A DNA stretch of 64,000 nucleotides from the IMG/VR virus record IMGVR_UViG_3300005613_000035, positions 17,189 to 81,188 of that record; one strand, 5' to 3'. The notes under the pieces were generated by a model. It ran no database searches. It saw nothing but the letters and a program-made list of their open reading frames with translations, and was not told where the DNA came from. The number at the start of each line of letters is the position of its first letter. The stretch's first letter is position 1. The DNA comes from a virus. The translations under genes and the position numbers were made by a program. Below, piece after piece: positions 31,469 to 40,737 of the stretch.

Positions 31469-31759
31469 CTATTCTGTGTTAAATTTTCTATATAATAATG
31501 GATTAGTGTCAACAAATAAATACGGAAATTTTTTCCTCGCTTCTTCATATAAATATTTGATAATAATGCAACCTTCTTTTGTAGGCTTAAATTCTGGGTG
31601 CGTAATGTATATTATAAACCCGCGAAGCTCCAATACATTATAAGCACCCATAACATTACAATTATTAAAACGTATCATATTACTAATTTTTATATCTTTA
31701 AACTTTGTGTTTTCATCTACAATAAATTCGTAGGGTATTACTATACCTATCATCCTCAT
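31469..31759 (-). CDS. Hypothetical protein
   Basis: ORF track; last gene of the - strand block. Confidence 0.6.
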   Translation of the reverse strand: MRMIGIVIPYEFIVDENTKFKDIKISNMIRFNNCNVMGAYNVLELRGFIIYITHPEFKPTKEGCIIIKYLYEEARKKFPYLFVDTNPLLYRKFNTE

Positions 31760-32043
31760 TTTTCATATCCTCTTTTTTTCTGTTTCCATTTTCCATTCTT
31801 CAAACCCTTCTCTAATTATCCTCATTTCTTTATGCCTATCTCTATCATACTCCTTCCTGTTTTTCATTACTTTAGTATTTGATGCTTTAGGTATTCGGAT
31901 TGGTATTTTATTCCTAATATTTCTACTCTTGCCCATCCTACTCTCCTTATATTGTTTATTATTTTCATTTGAATGCGGCTATCACCTTTACCTCACACAT
32001 AAATTTAATCTGTAAATAATTTTATCTTTTCTCAAACTGGTTT

Positions 32044-32213
32044 GTTATGCCCCTCACCACGACTTATCAGCTTAGTACAAAACAGAATTTGCGTAGCCTC
32101 TGCCCTACGCTCGTACCCATGCAAGAGGGCGATAATCCTCCTGTTCGGAATGAAATCTTGCATATACAAATCATTCCGTTACCTCGGCATTGCGTGTTTC
32201 TTAGGGGCATAAC
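32044..32213 (-). ncRNA. Candidate structured ncRNA (~170 nt)
   Basis: 11-bp closing stem GTTATGCCCCT/AGGGGCATAAC plus several internal helices; G-U pairs favour the - strand. Confidence 0.55.
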
Positions 32214-32237
32214 TATTCACCAAATACCTTTTCTATA

Positions 32238-32540
32238 TTAGTTTTCAGGTCCAGGATTGAAAGCTACATCTTCGCATGTTCCATACGTTCCTAAAAATAA
32301 TGTGCCGTAATCAATCTCTAAAAGAAGACCTGCTGATATAAGATAAGATAAAAATTGATATTCCCTAAAAGCATATGCTCTCTTTTGGTCTTGATGTTTT
32401 TCTAAATACTTAGATAGTTTTTTCATTGGATAAAAATCTTGCAATGCAACAAAAAAACCGATTACGGTATAATCTGAGTATTCCCCTTTTTCCACAGAAA
32501 TTAATTTTCCTGCTTTGACCATTTTTTCTTTATTTACCAT
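32238..32540 (-). CDS. Hypothetical protein
   Basis: ORF with SD GAGGGG; GEYSDY motif. Confidence 0.65.
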   Translation of the reverse strand: MVNKEKMVKAGKLISVEKGEYSDYTVIGFFVALQDFYPMKKLSKYLEKHQDQKRAYAFREYQFLSYLISAGLLLEIDYGTLFLGTYGTCEDVAFNPGPEN

Positions 32541-32608
32541 TTAAAATACCCCTCTTTTTATGCTTTCCTGTATTTGGTTTACTTTGTTAGCCCATTTATT
32601 ATTTTCCT

Positions 32609-33109
32609 TTAATTGTTGAGACTATGACTTTCAAAACGTTTTTCTACACATAAGTTTAATCTATAAATAATTTTATCTTTGTTATATTCAACTTTTTGCT
32701 CTGGGTTTCTTCCCATCTTGTCAAAACGGGCTAACTGAACTAACTCTGATAACCAAGGATGCTCTACTAATGTTTTCACCTTTGAAAGTTTTCTCATATT
32801 GCCTAAAAGGTAATACCAAATTCTCATATGATTCTCAATCAACCATAATGATTTCACACTGAGATAAGGTTTTAACATATTGACACCTATCTTTTCGTGC
32901 CCCAAACTATTTTCTATCTTACCAACATCATGCATCATAGCAGCAAGTATCAAATCAGTATCTATAGTTTCTCTAAAGGCACAATATAAAGTTTGAAGAG
33001 AATGGGTGAATACGTCCCCTTCTGGGTGGTAATCTCCTTTTTGTTTGACTCCTTGGCATTGCTCAAGAATTGTAAATAAAGGGTTCATGAAATCATTAGT
33101 AAAAATCAC
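32609..33109 (-). CDS. HD-domain phosphohydrolase
   Basis: YHPEGDVFTH, AAMMHDVGK, GHE, HM motifs. Confidence 0.85.
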   Translation of the reverse strand: MIFTNDFMNPLFTILEQCQGVKQKGDYHPEGDVFTHSLQTLYCAFRETIDTDLILAAMMHDVGKIENSLGHEKIGVNMLKPYLSVKSLWLIENHMRIWYYLLGNMRKLSKVKTLVEHPWLSELVQLARFDKMGRNPEQKVEYNKDKIIYRLNLCVEKRFESHSLNN

Positions 33110-33417
33110 AATACATAATCCTCAATAGTTTTGATAACGAATTGATCCCAAAATCTTCTGTCAATTTTAGGTGGAAGTTTGCTGATTTTAGACAATTCTT
33201 CTACCTCACTCGTGTTCTTAGCAATACTACCTTTTTTAGTTTGAATATTGTGACTTTTTGGTACTCGATTTAAAAGTATTTGTTCTTTCGTTGGAAGAAA
33301 AATGCCTTTAAAATCCTGATCTGAATTTTCATCATCAGTCCCATATAGATGTGACCCAAATCTCATATTGACTATTATATTTAATTTTCTTGTTTGTGTT
33401 AGATTGGTTATCTTCAT
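33106..33417 (-). pseudogene. Internally deleted Pol-beta-superfamily nucleotidyltransferase (RlaP/NrdC.11-like)
   Basis: FGSHLYGT...SDQD motif and the C-terminal LP.KIDR.FW are retained, but the product is only 103 aa. Confidence 0.6.
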
Positions 33418-33449
33418 TTATCTACCTTTTAATATTTTTTGAGTTCATG

Positions 33450-33782
33450 TTATTTCCTTTTGATGCTTATTTCTGGAATAATGTTTACAGAAAATTTAAC
33501 AGCTTTGCAAAATAGAGGCCAAAAGACTTTTGCTGTAAAATTAATAATAATAAATTTAGCTAACCAAACTATTATGAAAATAGGCCAAAATAGGTAAACG
33601 GCTAAAACACTAAAAAATATATCAACGTAATCAAGAAATACATGCTTATTGCCTGTCAAAATAAATTCAAATGTTCTTGGAGCTACATGTTTTAAAACAA
33701 TACTTCCCATAACAACTGATAAAATTCCAAATGTTATCCAGAAAAATACAGATCCTAATACACCAAACATAAAACTAAACAT
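33450..33782 (-). CDS. Membrane protein
   Basis: Two to three hydrophobic segments, WP motifs. Confidence 0.65.
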   Translation of the reverse strand: MFSFMFGVLGSVFFWITFGILSVVMGSIVLKHVAPRTFEFILTGNKHVFLDYVDIFFSVLAVYLFWPIFIIVWLAKFIIINFTAKVFWPLFCKAVKFSVNIIPEISIKRK

Positions 33783-33870
33783 GATTTACCCCCTTTTCCT
33801 TTTGTTTTAGATTCTTTATACTGTTAATAGTTCTTGTTGCTCAACTTTTATGGTACATAATGCTCGGCAT

Positions 33871-36714
33871 CTATATCTCACATGCTCCTCCAATACAAGC
33901 AAATTCTTGTGACCCAGTTGTTGTGTCATTTTTTTCATACTCTATTAATTTATCAAAATCAATATTTATGTTTTTAGATAATTCTTCATAAGTTTCTTCG
34001 TCTATCTCTTCAAACGGAGCTAACTGATAAATTCCAGTATCATACGGTAAAAAGGATAAGCCACATACTATATTCCAATTTTTATAAATCCAAGATGCAA
34101 CCTCTAACCATTCATCTTTTTTTACATAAATAGTGCAGCTAGGATTATGTTCACACCAGTATTCCTTTAACATTTTCCAGTATTCTAATTGTTGTAATGC
34201 AGTTACAGAGTCTTTCATTAATGATTCTTTTGGTGATTTCATATAAAAATCAAATACGAAAGTTGTCGCACTATCTATTGTCTCTCCTATTTCTGGGGCA
34301 TATTTAATATTCTGATCTATCAGAAATTTTGATATTGGATCAAACGAATTTAATCTTATTCTTCTTATGTAATATGGGGCATATCTTGGATGTATTCCAG
34401 AAGAGCAACCTACTAATTGTGAAACGGTTCCACTAGGCTTTACACATGTTATTGCTGCTGGCATTTTTATACCTAAGATTCCAGACCATCTTTTTGCAGT
34501 TTCTATAGCTTCCTCTTTCATTTCATACAACCACTTTTTAGAAGTTTTATTTACAGTATTAAGTATTGGATGATCAGCAAGTCCTGTTAAACTAACACCT
34601 AACAGTCTTTCATCCTTACAGTTATCCTTATATCTTTTACTTATAAAATTAAAATCTGTTAAAGTTGATTGTATACAACCTAAGATTGTAGCATATTTGA
34701 CTTTTTCTTTTATATCTTCCTTTCCATCTTTTGGACGTAGTATAACTTCAGATAGATTACAAAATTGTTTAGGTCTTAATATTATTTCCCCGCAGTTATG
34801 TGCTATAACTCCATTAACAACTCCCCAATGAGTTTTAGATTCTGAAAAATCAAAAACTTCCTCTTCTCTTAAATACTTTACTGCTCTAACAGTAATACTT
34901 TTTGATAAGATTGCTTTTCTTAGCTTTTCTTGCTTATATTTTTGTGCAAAGCTAATTAACTCTGAGAATTTTACAATGGATTCAAAATTACTAACATTTA
35001 CATCATAACTCTGTTTGCTATTATAAACACCATTATGATGTTTTACATCATGTGATTTATTTGTTGTAATATAACTTTTTATTTCCCTATCATTTAATTC
35101 TTTAACAAGCTGATTCGCTAAAACTTTACTAGTGGTTTTATAGGCAATTCTTCCAACACTTTCAATAACTGATCCATTAGCTGAAAACAAACCAGATAAA
35201 AAATCATCAGTAATTTTTATATTGCTTGGCAACCTTTTATCTTCATAAGATAAAGGTTCTAATTTATATTCTAAAGCAATTTTTTTAGCTTCTCTATTGT
35301 AATTTCTGCCATATTCTATACCAAGTAGTTTTGCTACATCTAAATCATTTTTACCTATGTGAACTTCCATTCCTTTATGTATTTTAGAGTTTAATCTTTT
35401 TACACTACCATCCCCAAGAATAAATCCAGCATAAAAGTCGTTTCTGTTAAAGGTATTTTTAACATTAAAAAAAGGCATTAATCGCTTTCCCTTTAAATCT
35501 TTGGCTAAACACGAAGAACCATCATTAAGTTTAAATTCGTGGTTTTCTGTACATTTAATGCTCTCCTTTTTTCCCGTGAAAACAATTTTGTACACGGGTT
35601 TTATACCAGTACTCCAGATTCTTCCCTTTGAAATTTCACCCTTTTCATTTATTAAATTGACATTCTCTAACTTTGATAATTCATCAAATCTTTTATAACC
35701 AGTTTCAGTTAGTAATTGCATATCTTTAGTAAAACAAGGGTTGCTCCCAAATTTATGATCCGGGTCTCTTCTACCATTTTTAGCTACTGTATATTTTACT
35801 GCTGTCCTATTAAATATTCCCCTCTCCCCACATTTTGATTCTATAAGTTTCTTCCACTCATCTATAAACTTTATTATATCTGGTTTTATATTGTATACAG
35901 CAGAATTATTAGCTAATCTTCTTTGAGTATTATGCCTCCAAAATTCCCCTACTTTAGCTCTTGACATACTATCATCAGATAAATCAGATAGACTGACGCA
36001 AGCAGAGCGTCTGACCCCACCAGATACTATAGATGCAGCTATATGACATATTATATCATGACATTCAATAGGATATAGCTGTCTACCAACAGCTCCCATT
36101 ACTATTTTTTTTGTATTCTCTAATAAAGAAATTAAAGGAGCTGGGCCACTAGCCCTACCCCCAAACGTTTTTAATATAGATCCTTCTAGTCTTAGCTTTG
36201 ATACATCATACTTAAAATTTTTTCCTTTATATAAGTTTTTTAAGTATCTATTATAACCATCTGCCCATCCTTTTTTTGAATCTGAAAAGATAATAACATC
36301 ATCACAATCTTCTATTTTGGTAGGAAGTTTTGGTAGCTTACATATTTCATCTTGTTCTACAGAAAATCCTACACCAGTTCCACACATTAGTATATATAGT
36401 ATTTCTGAAAATACTTTGATGTTATCAACAGATACAAAGCAACAATTATAAGCTGCTATGTTGTCTTTATCTAAAGCTTTTCCTGCTGTCCAAAATGCTC
36501 TCATAGATGGTGCTATCTTAACATCCATAATAAATTCACAAGCTTTTTCAAATTCTTCTTTTGCTTTTTTATCTTTTATTCTTTTAATTAAAAAACTTTT
36601 ATATCTCTCTACAGATTCTTTCCAGTCCTCTCTTCTCAACACATTCTGAAGCCATCTTGCATAAAATATCTTATATATTAATTTTTGATACAACTTATTA
36701 TTATCCACAAACAC
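33871..36714 (-). CDS. nrdJ: Class II (adenosylcobalamin) ribonucleotide reductase with intein
   Basis: PSMR, YNC, GTGVGFS, GGRASGP, GGVRRSA, NP|CGEI, TCVKPSGTVSQL, EHNPS, C-terminal ACIGGACEI. Confidence 0.92.
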   Translation of the reverse strand: MFVDNNKLYQKLIYKIFYARWLQNVLRREDWKESVERYKSFLIKRIKDKKAKEEFEKACEFIMDVKIAPSMRAFWTAGKALDKDNIAAYNCCFVSVDNIKVFSEILYILMCGTGVGFSVEQDEICKLPKLPTKIEDCDDVIIFSDSKKGWADGYNRYLKNLYKGKNFKYDVSKLRLEGSILKTFGGRASGPAPLISLLENTKKIVMGAVGRQLYPIECHDIICHIAASIVSGGVRRSACVSLSDLSDDSMSRAKVGEFWRHNTQRRLANNSAVYNIKPDIIKFIDEWKKLIESKCGERGIFNRTAVKYTVAKNGRRDPDHKFGSNPCFTKDMQLLTETGYKRFDELSKLENVNLINEKGEISKGRIWSTGIKPVYKIVFTGKKESIKCTENHEFKLNDGSSCLAKDLKGKRLMPFFNVKNTFNRNDFYAGFILGDGSVKRLNSKIHKGMEVHIGKNDLDVAKLLGIEYGRNYNREAKKIALEYKLEPLSYEDKRLPSNIKITDDFLSGLFSANGSVIESVGRIAYKTTSKVLANQLVKELNDREIKSYITTNKSHDVKHHNGVYNSKQSYDVNVSNFESIVKFSELISFAQKYKQEKLRKAILSKSITVRAVKYLREEEVFDFSESKTHWGVVNGVIAHNCGEIILRPKQFCNLSEVILRPKDGKEDIKEKVKYATILGCIQSTLTDFNFISKRYKDNCKDERLLGVSLTGLADHPILNTVNKTSKKWLYEMKEEAIETAKRWSGILGIKMPAAITCVKPSGTVSQLVGCSSGIHPRYAPYYIRRIRLNSFDPISKFLIDQNIKYAPEIGETIDSATTFVFDFYMKSPKESLMKDSVTALQQLEYWKMLKEYWCEHNPSCTIYVKKDEWLEVASWIYKNWNIVCGLSFLPYDTGIYQLAPFEEIDEETYEELSKNINIDFDKLIEYEKNDTTTGSQEFACIGGACEI
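34795..35736 (-). mobile_element. LAGLIDADG intein (314 aa) in the RNR active-site NPCxE loop
   Basis: Begins CFTKD, ends VIAHN before C; FYAGFILGDGS and FLSGLFSANGS motifs. Confidence 0.92.
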
Positions 36715-36722
36715 GCCTCCTT

Positions 36723-37628
36723 TTAATAGCTATAACCATATCTTCTATACATAATAGCTCTGTACCAACTTGTCCACCAAGCTCTATCTTTCTGGGCACG
36801 TGCATTACAGCTATAACATCCTGTTATCAAGTTTGATGGATGGCAATTTTTTTTGTCATTATCTATATGCATTATACATAATGGTAAATGGTAACTTGTT
36901 TTCCAGCAGTTAGGATTAAGACATTTGTGTCCGTCTCTTATTTTTATATCTTCTTTGTACTCCTTGTCTGTCCAAACTTCACAATAAGGTTCCCAAGACG
37001 CGCCATTTTTCCAATTTGGGTGGTCCTCTCCTATTTTAAAAACCCCTCCATTTTTCTCTAATGAACATAGTGGACATCTATGTTTTTGTTTAAAACTATC
37101 CCAGCACATCATGAATTTATGCCCTTTGTCACATTCAAACTTTAATTTTTCTCCAGAATTTATATATTCTTTTGATAGTAATTTATATCCTATTTCTTCA
37201 GCATTCCTCTTTATATGATCTATAGTTAATCTTATATTTCCAGCACATTTTGCACATCTCTGCCCTTGCTGGAAATGTCCCCAAGTCATAAGAAACTTAT
37301 GCCCTTTATCACACTTGAATTTTAGTTTAGTTGAATTATTTGTGTATTTTTCTGATAAGCATACATAACCATCAGCAACTTCTCTTGTTTTCTGCTTTAC
37401 ATAGTCTATTGTCAATCTTTGAGAATTGCCTCGTGTTTTACTATAACATTTATAGCATCTTTCCCCCCTCTGAAAATTATTCCAGGTAACTTTATATTGG
37501 TGACCTTTCATACACTCGACTTTTAACTTTGTACTAGAATTCTTATACTCTTTTGATAATAATTTATATCCTTCCTTTTCTATTTTATTTTTTATATAAT
37601 CATATGTTAAACGTTTAGTACAGCTCAT
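36723..37628 (-). CDS. Zn-ribbon repeat HNH homing endonuclease
   Basis: Three GY.LLS..Y......LK.EC..GH...W......RC..C repeats, GEDHPNWK.G, IRDGHKC, HID.DK.NC...NLIT.C.SCN. Confidence 0.85.
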   Translation of the reverse strand: MSCTKRLTYDYIKNKIEKEGYKLLSKEYKNSSTKLKVECMKGHQYKVTWNNFQRGERCYKCYSKTRGNSQRLTIDYVKQKTREVADGYVCLSEKYTNNSTKLKFKCDKGHKFLMTWGHFQQGQRCAKCAGNIRLTIDHIKRNAEEIGYKLLSKEYINSGEKLKFECDKGHKFMMCWDSFKQKHRCPLCSLEKNGGVFKIGEDHPNWKNGASWEPYCEVWTDKEYKEDIKIRDGHKCLNPNCWKTSYHLPLCIMHIDNDKKNCHPSNLITGCYSCNARAQKDRAWWTSWYRAIMYRRYGYSY

Positions 37629-37643
37629 CTCATCCCACCTTTT

Positions 37644-37856
37644 TTAGAATTCAAGTTTCATAAGCATCTTAGCTGCTGTATATATAAAATAAGCTACGCT
37701 AAATATGCATGGTGCCCATATAATGTTTGTAATCTGATCGTCTAATAGTTTATAGAGCAAGTATCTTTTTGCAACTTTTTCTGCTTGTTCTGACGTAAGA
37801 TTAATGTCAAACGACTTAACAATTTTTGAAACTTCTTTTAATTTTTCAGCATTCAT
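37644..37856 (-). CDS. Hypothetical membrane-anchored protein
   Basis: ORF with AGGAG SD; hydrophobic C-terminus. Confidence 0.55.
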   Translation of the reverse strand: MNAEKLKEVSKIVKSFDINLTSEQAEKVAKRYLLYKLLDDQITNIIWAPCIFSVAYFIYTAAKMLMKLEF

Positions 37857-38022
37857 TTTTTACTCTCCTTTCTTAATTATAAGGCATGCAAGTGCTACAA
37901 TAATACCAAGAATTATTTCCATAATAAGAACAAACGGTAATAAGCATGCAATAATACCTGTAGAATAATCATTCTCATTGTTATGCGTTTTACCCTCCAT
38001 ATTGTGTCTCCTTTTAGTTTGA

Positions 38023-39018
38023 TTATTTTCTTATCCCTTTTAATAGTATTTCAATCGTCCAGGTTTTGTCCTCAAATTCAATATCAACCTTCTTGAATGT
38101 TTGATTTGATACGGAACCCCCAATCGTTGCACCTGGCTCTGTTGATGTTGCTGAACAATTTACATTATTGTTGTCTATATTAGACACATCAATAGTAGTA
38201 GTAGCAAGATCAGAAAAGTCTAAAACGATATCATCATGATACCAAAAATATCCTTGGATACCAACAGGTTGAATATATTCCCGCTTTTTTTCAAGCCTAA
38301 ACTCAACTTTTATCAACCCATTTTCTGCACGGCCAGGATCATCAACTTCAGGGTTGTTAAGCGGTACAAACTTAAACCGTTTTCCTTCAGTTAGTGATTC
38401 TGTTATGAAACGCTCCAAGATAACTTCCGAGTTTGCATTGATTACTAAGTCACCAAATGATGAGATTGGTGAACCATCAATTGTGACTTTAGCTGCTGCT
38501 TTCCTATCGTTTTTGTTTTTCAGTATGATCTTATATTCAGAATCAAATGGTATCACAGCAACGCCATCAATTTCTTTGATGGGATTGCCATCAAGAATGA
38601 CATTGCAAACAAATTCCCCAACTTTCTCATACCTGGGCATGCTTCTTGCGTAAGAAATGCTACAAAAAAGAAAAATTATTGTGATGATACTTAGTGACTT
38701 TTTCATTTTTTTTATCTCCCTCCTGTTATTCCCTCTATTATTTACATAGAAATTTAGCAGAACGCCCTCTTTTGCATCCCATAATATTTCTTGTAATATT
38801 TGTTTTAATGTACATGGTTTTTCCTTAGCAATAGACATAGCGTGTAAAATTATCTTTTCTTTAGTAATTGGATCTATAGAACTTTTGTTTTGTTGTCCAG
38901 CAAGAATCATAATTTTGTTAATTAATTTCTCTAATTCTGCTTGTTCTCTTACCTGTCTCCTTAAAAACGGATAGTTGGACATAGCATGAAATTTTATTGC
39001 TTGCTCTAAAAACTTCAC
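38023..39018 (-). CDS. Hypothetical; likely two genes in one frame, the second starting at 38706 with a signal peptide
   Basis: Internal AGGAGGG SD + ATG 38706 MKKSLSIITIIFLFCSISYA. Confidence 0.55.
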   Translation of the reverse strand: MKFLEQAIKFHAMSNYPFLRRQVREQAELEKLINKIMILAGQQNKSSIDPITKEKIILHAMSIAKEKPCTLKQILQEILWDAKEGVLLNFYVNNRGNNRREIKKMKKSLSIITIIFLFCSISYARSMPRYEKVGEFVCNVILDGNPIKEIDGVAVIPFDSEYKIILKNKNDRKAAAKVTIDGSPISSFGDLVINANSEVILERFITESLTEGKRFKFVPLNNPEVDDPGRAENGLIKVEFRLEKKREYIQPVGIQGYFWYHDDIVLDFSDLATTTIDVSNIDNNNVNCSATSTEPGATIGGSVSNQTFKKVDIEFEDKTWTIEILLKGIRK

Positions 39019-39052
39019 TTTGTACTTCCTTTTTTAAAATAGGTTTTTATAT

Positions 39053-39424
39053 TTATGTTGAATGTTTTTTAATCCACTCTTTCATTTCTGGAACAACATA
39101 AAAACAGTTATTTTCAAGAAATCTTGCCATGTTTTTGCTTATATTGTTTTTTATTTTAAATGCAACTTCTCTTGCTCTTGGCCCAAAGTATCTATCACAT
39201 TTTTTGCAAATATATATTTCACCATCTGGATCAAATGGATAAATAAAATCAGGTTTTCTACCACAAAAATCACACATAGAGCCTTCAGCCCCCTTTTCTA
39301 TACAATCATTACATTTTGTCCACGCTTTATGAATTTCTCTTAATTCATCAGTTATATCCTCCTTTTTATAAACAATTTTAAAACACCAATCACATATTAT
39401 ATTACCATCTTTTGTATACGACAT
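39053..39424 (-). CDS. Zn-finger hypothetical protein
   Basis: Four CxxC motifs. Confidence 0.6.
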   Translation of the reverse strand: MSYTKDGNIICDWCFKIVYKKEDITDELREIHKAWTKCNDCIEKGAEGSMCDFCGRKPDFIYPFDPDGEIYICKKCDRYFGPRAREVAFKIKNNISKNMARFLENNCFYVVPEMKEWIKKHST

Positions 39425-39426
39425 AG

Positions 39427-39918
39427 TTACTCCTTTATATTTACATTACTGGCGTTATCCTCTACTTTTTTAGGAACATCCTTTATCTTTTTAGTATTGG
39501 TCTTCTCATCTATTTTTTTAGGTGCATCAGCTTTCTTAGGTACTATAACATTAGCTTCAAAACTTTTATTAAGTTCATCAACAAGAGATCTCATAGCATA
39601 TATAGTTAAGGGTATACCTCTTTGTATATCAAAGAAGTTTTGTAGGCTATTTAATACTTTGGTTTGAACTTCTGGTTTATATGCTCCTCCATCAGATTTT
39701 TCCAAGGTATTATTTTTAAATATACCACCAATTTCATTAACAATAGCTCTCATAGCGTATGTAGTTAGCTTAACTTCATGCTGTTCTAACCAAAAGTTTT
39801 GAATACTAGTTAAAACTTGTTGTTTAATATCACCCTTATCCTCTGCATTTACTACTGATACAAACGAAAAACAAATACAAATTACTGCAATAATACTTAC
39901 TCTCATAATAATTTTCAT
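39427..39918 (-). CDS. Exported protein with duplicated ~45-aa helical domain
   Basis: Signal peptide ending VNA; VL.S.QNF...LT.YAMR..V.E repeated twice. Confidence 0.65.
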   Translation of the reverse strand: MKIIMRVSIIAVICICFSFVSVVNAEDKGDIKQQVLTSIQNFWLEQHEVKLTTYAMRAIVNEIGGIFKNNTLEKSDGGAYKPEVQTKVLNSLQNFFDIQRGIPLTIYAMRSLVDELNKSFEANVIVPKKADAPKKIDEKTNTKKIKDVPKKVEDNASNVNIKE

Positions 39919-39922
39919 AGTT

Positions 39923-40378
39923 TTAGATCTCCTCTTTAAAATTTTTAGTTTTTAGGTCTTTAAGGTTGTTATCCTCTTGTTTTAAAAAATCATCATACCA
40001 GATTCTATATGAATCTTCTGGCCTATCATAAGTTGATGCCTCTATAAATTTGGCTACTTGCGAAAAAGATTTGAATCTATGAAGCACTCCGGGTTTAATT
40101 TGAAAAGAATCACCAACATTTAAAAACATAGATTTTATTTTACAGTCTGAATCTACTTTCTCTAATAATAAAATTCCAGATATAACAAAAAAGGTCTCTG
40201 TTTTCTGCAAGTGGTAATGAAATTTTCCGCCTGAAGAAAATTTATTATTTGTACATACTAAAAGTTTACCACAATAGTTTGCCTCTCGATCATTCTCAAA
40301 TACTATTTCATACCCCCAGTCTTTCATAATCTTTTGTTGTTGCAATAGTACCTCCTTTTTATTAACAGTTGGAATCAT
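39923..40378 (-). CDS. Cupin (sugar-isomerase-like)
   Basis: WGYE, YCGKLL, HYH..K.ETF, PG..HRF, IEAST...EDSYR. Confidence 0.8.
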   Translation of the reverse strand: MIPTVNKKEVLLQQQKIMKDWGYEIVFENDREANYCGKLLVCTNNKFSSGGKFHYHLQKTETFFVISGILLLEKVDSDCKIKSMFLNVGDSFQIKPGVLHRFKSFSQVAKFIEASTYDRPEDSYRIWYDDFLKQEDNNLKDLKTKNFKEEI

Positions 40379-40662
40379 TTACCATATTTGTGTTTCTCAA
40401 GTATTTTGATAGCAGAATTTAATTCTGACCTACCCCAAAAACAAGATACACCTGCGGCTTTTCTAAGTCTTTCAGATGCTAAGTAGTTAATAATAATGTC
40501 CTTGGCTATTTTTAAGACCCAAATGCTGATACATGACCAGCAAGTCCCAAAAATAATAGTTGGAAGATATTGTAAAATTATCCACCAAATACAAAGCTCT
40601 TTTGTGGATTCACCAACCTGTTCTAACATTGTAATCATTTCTCTTACTATCTCTATGTCCAT
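40375..40662 (-). CDS. Membrane protein
   Basis: Central hydrophobic segment; SD AGGAG. Confidence 0.6.
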   Translation of the reverse strand: MDIEIVREMITMLEQVGESTKELCIWWIILQYLPTIIFGTCWSCISIWVLKIAKDIIINYLASERLRKAAGVSCFWGRSELNSAIKILEKHKYGK

Positions 40663-40737
40663 AACAGTCTCCTTTTTATTAATAAATATAACGTTTTTAA
40701 TTAGCCACCCAGCTTTTGGATACTACCTTTGATAGCC

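Noticed and set aside
32044-32213. Hammerhead ribozyme (GAAAC and CTGATAAG present)
   Set aside because: Core is not CUGANGA, and stems II/III cannot be formed in the required register
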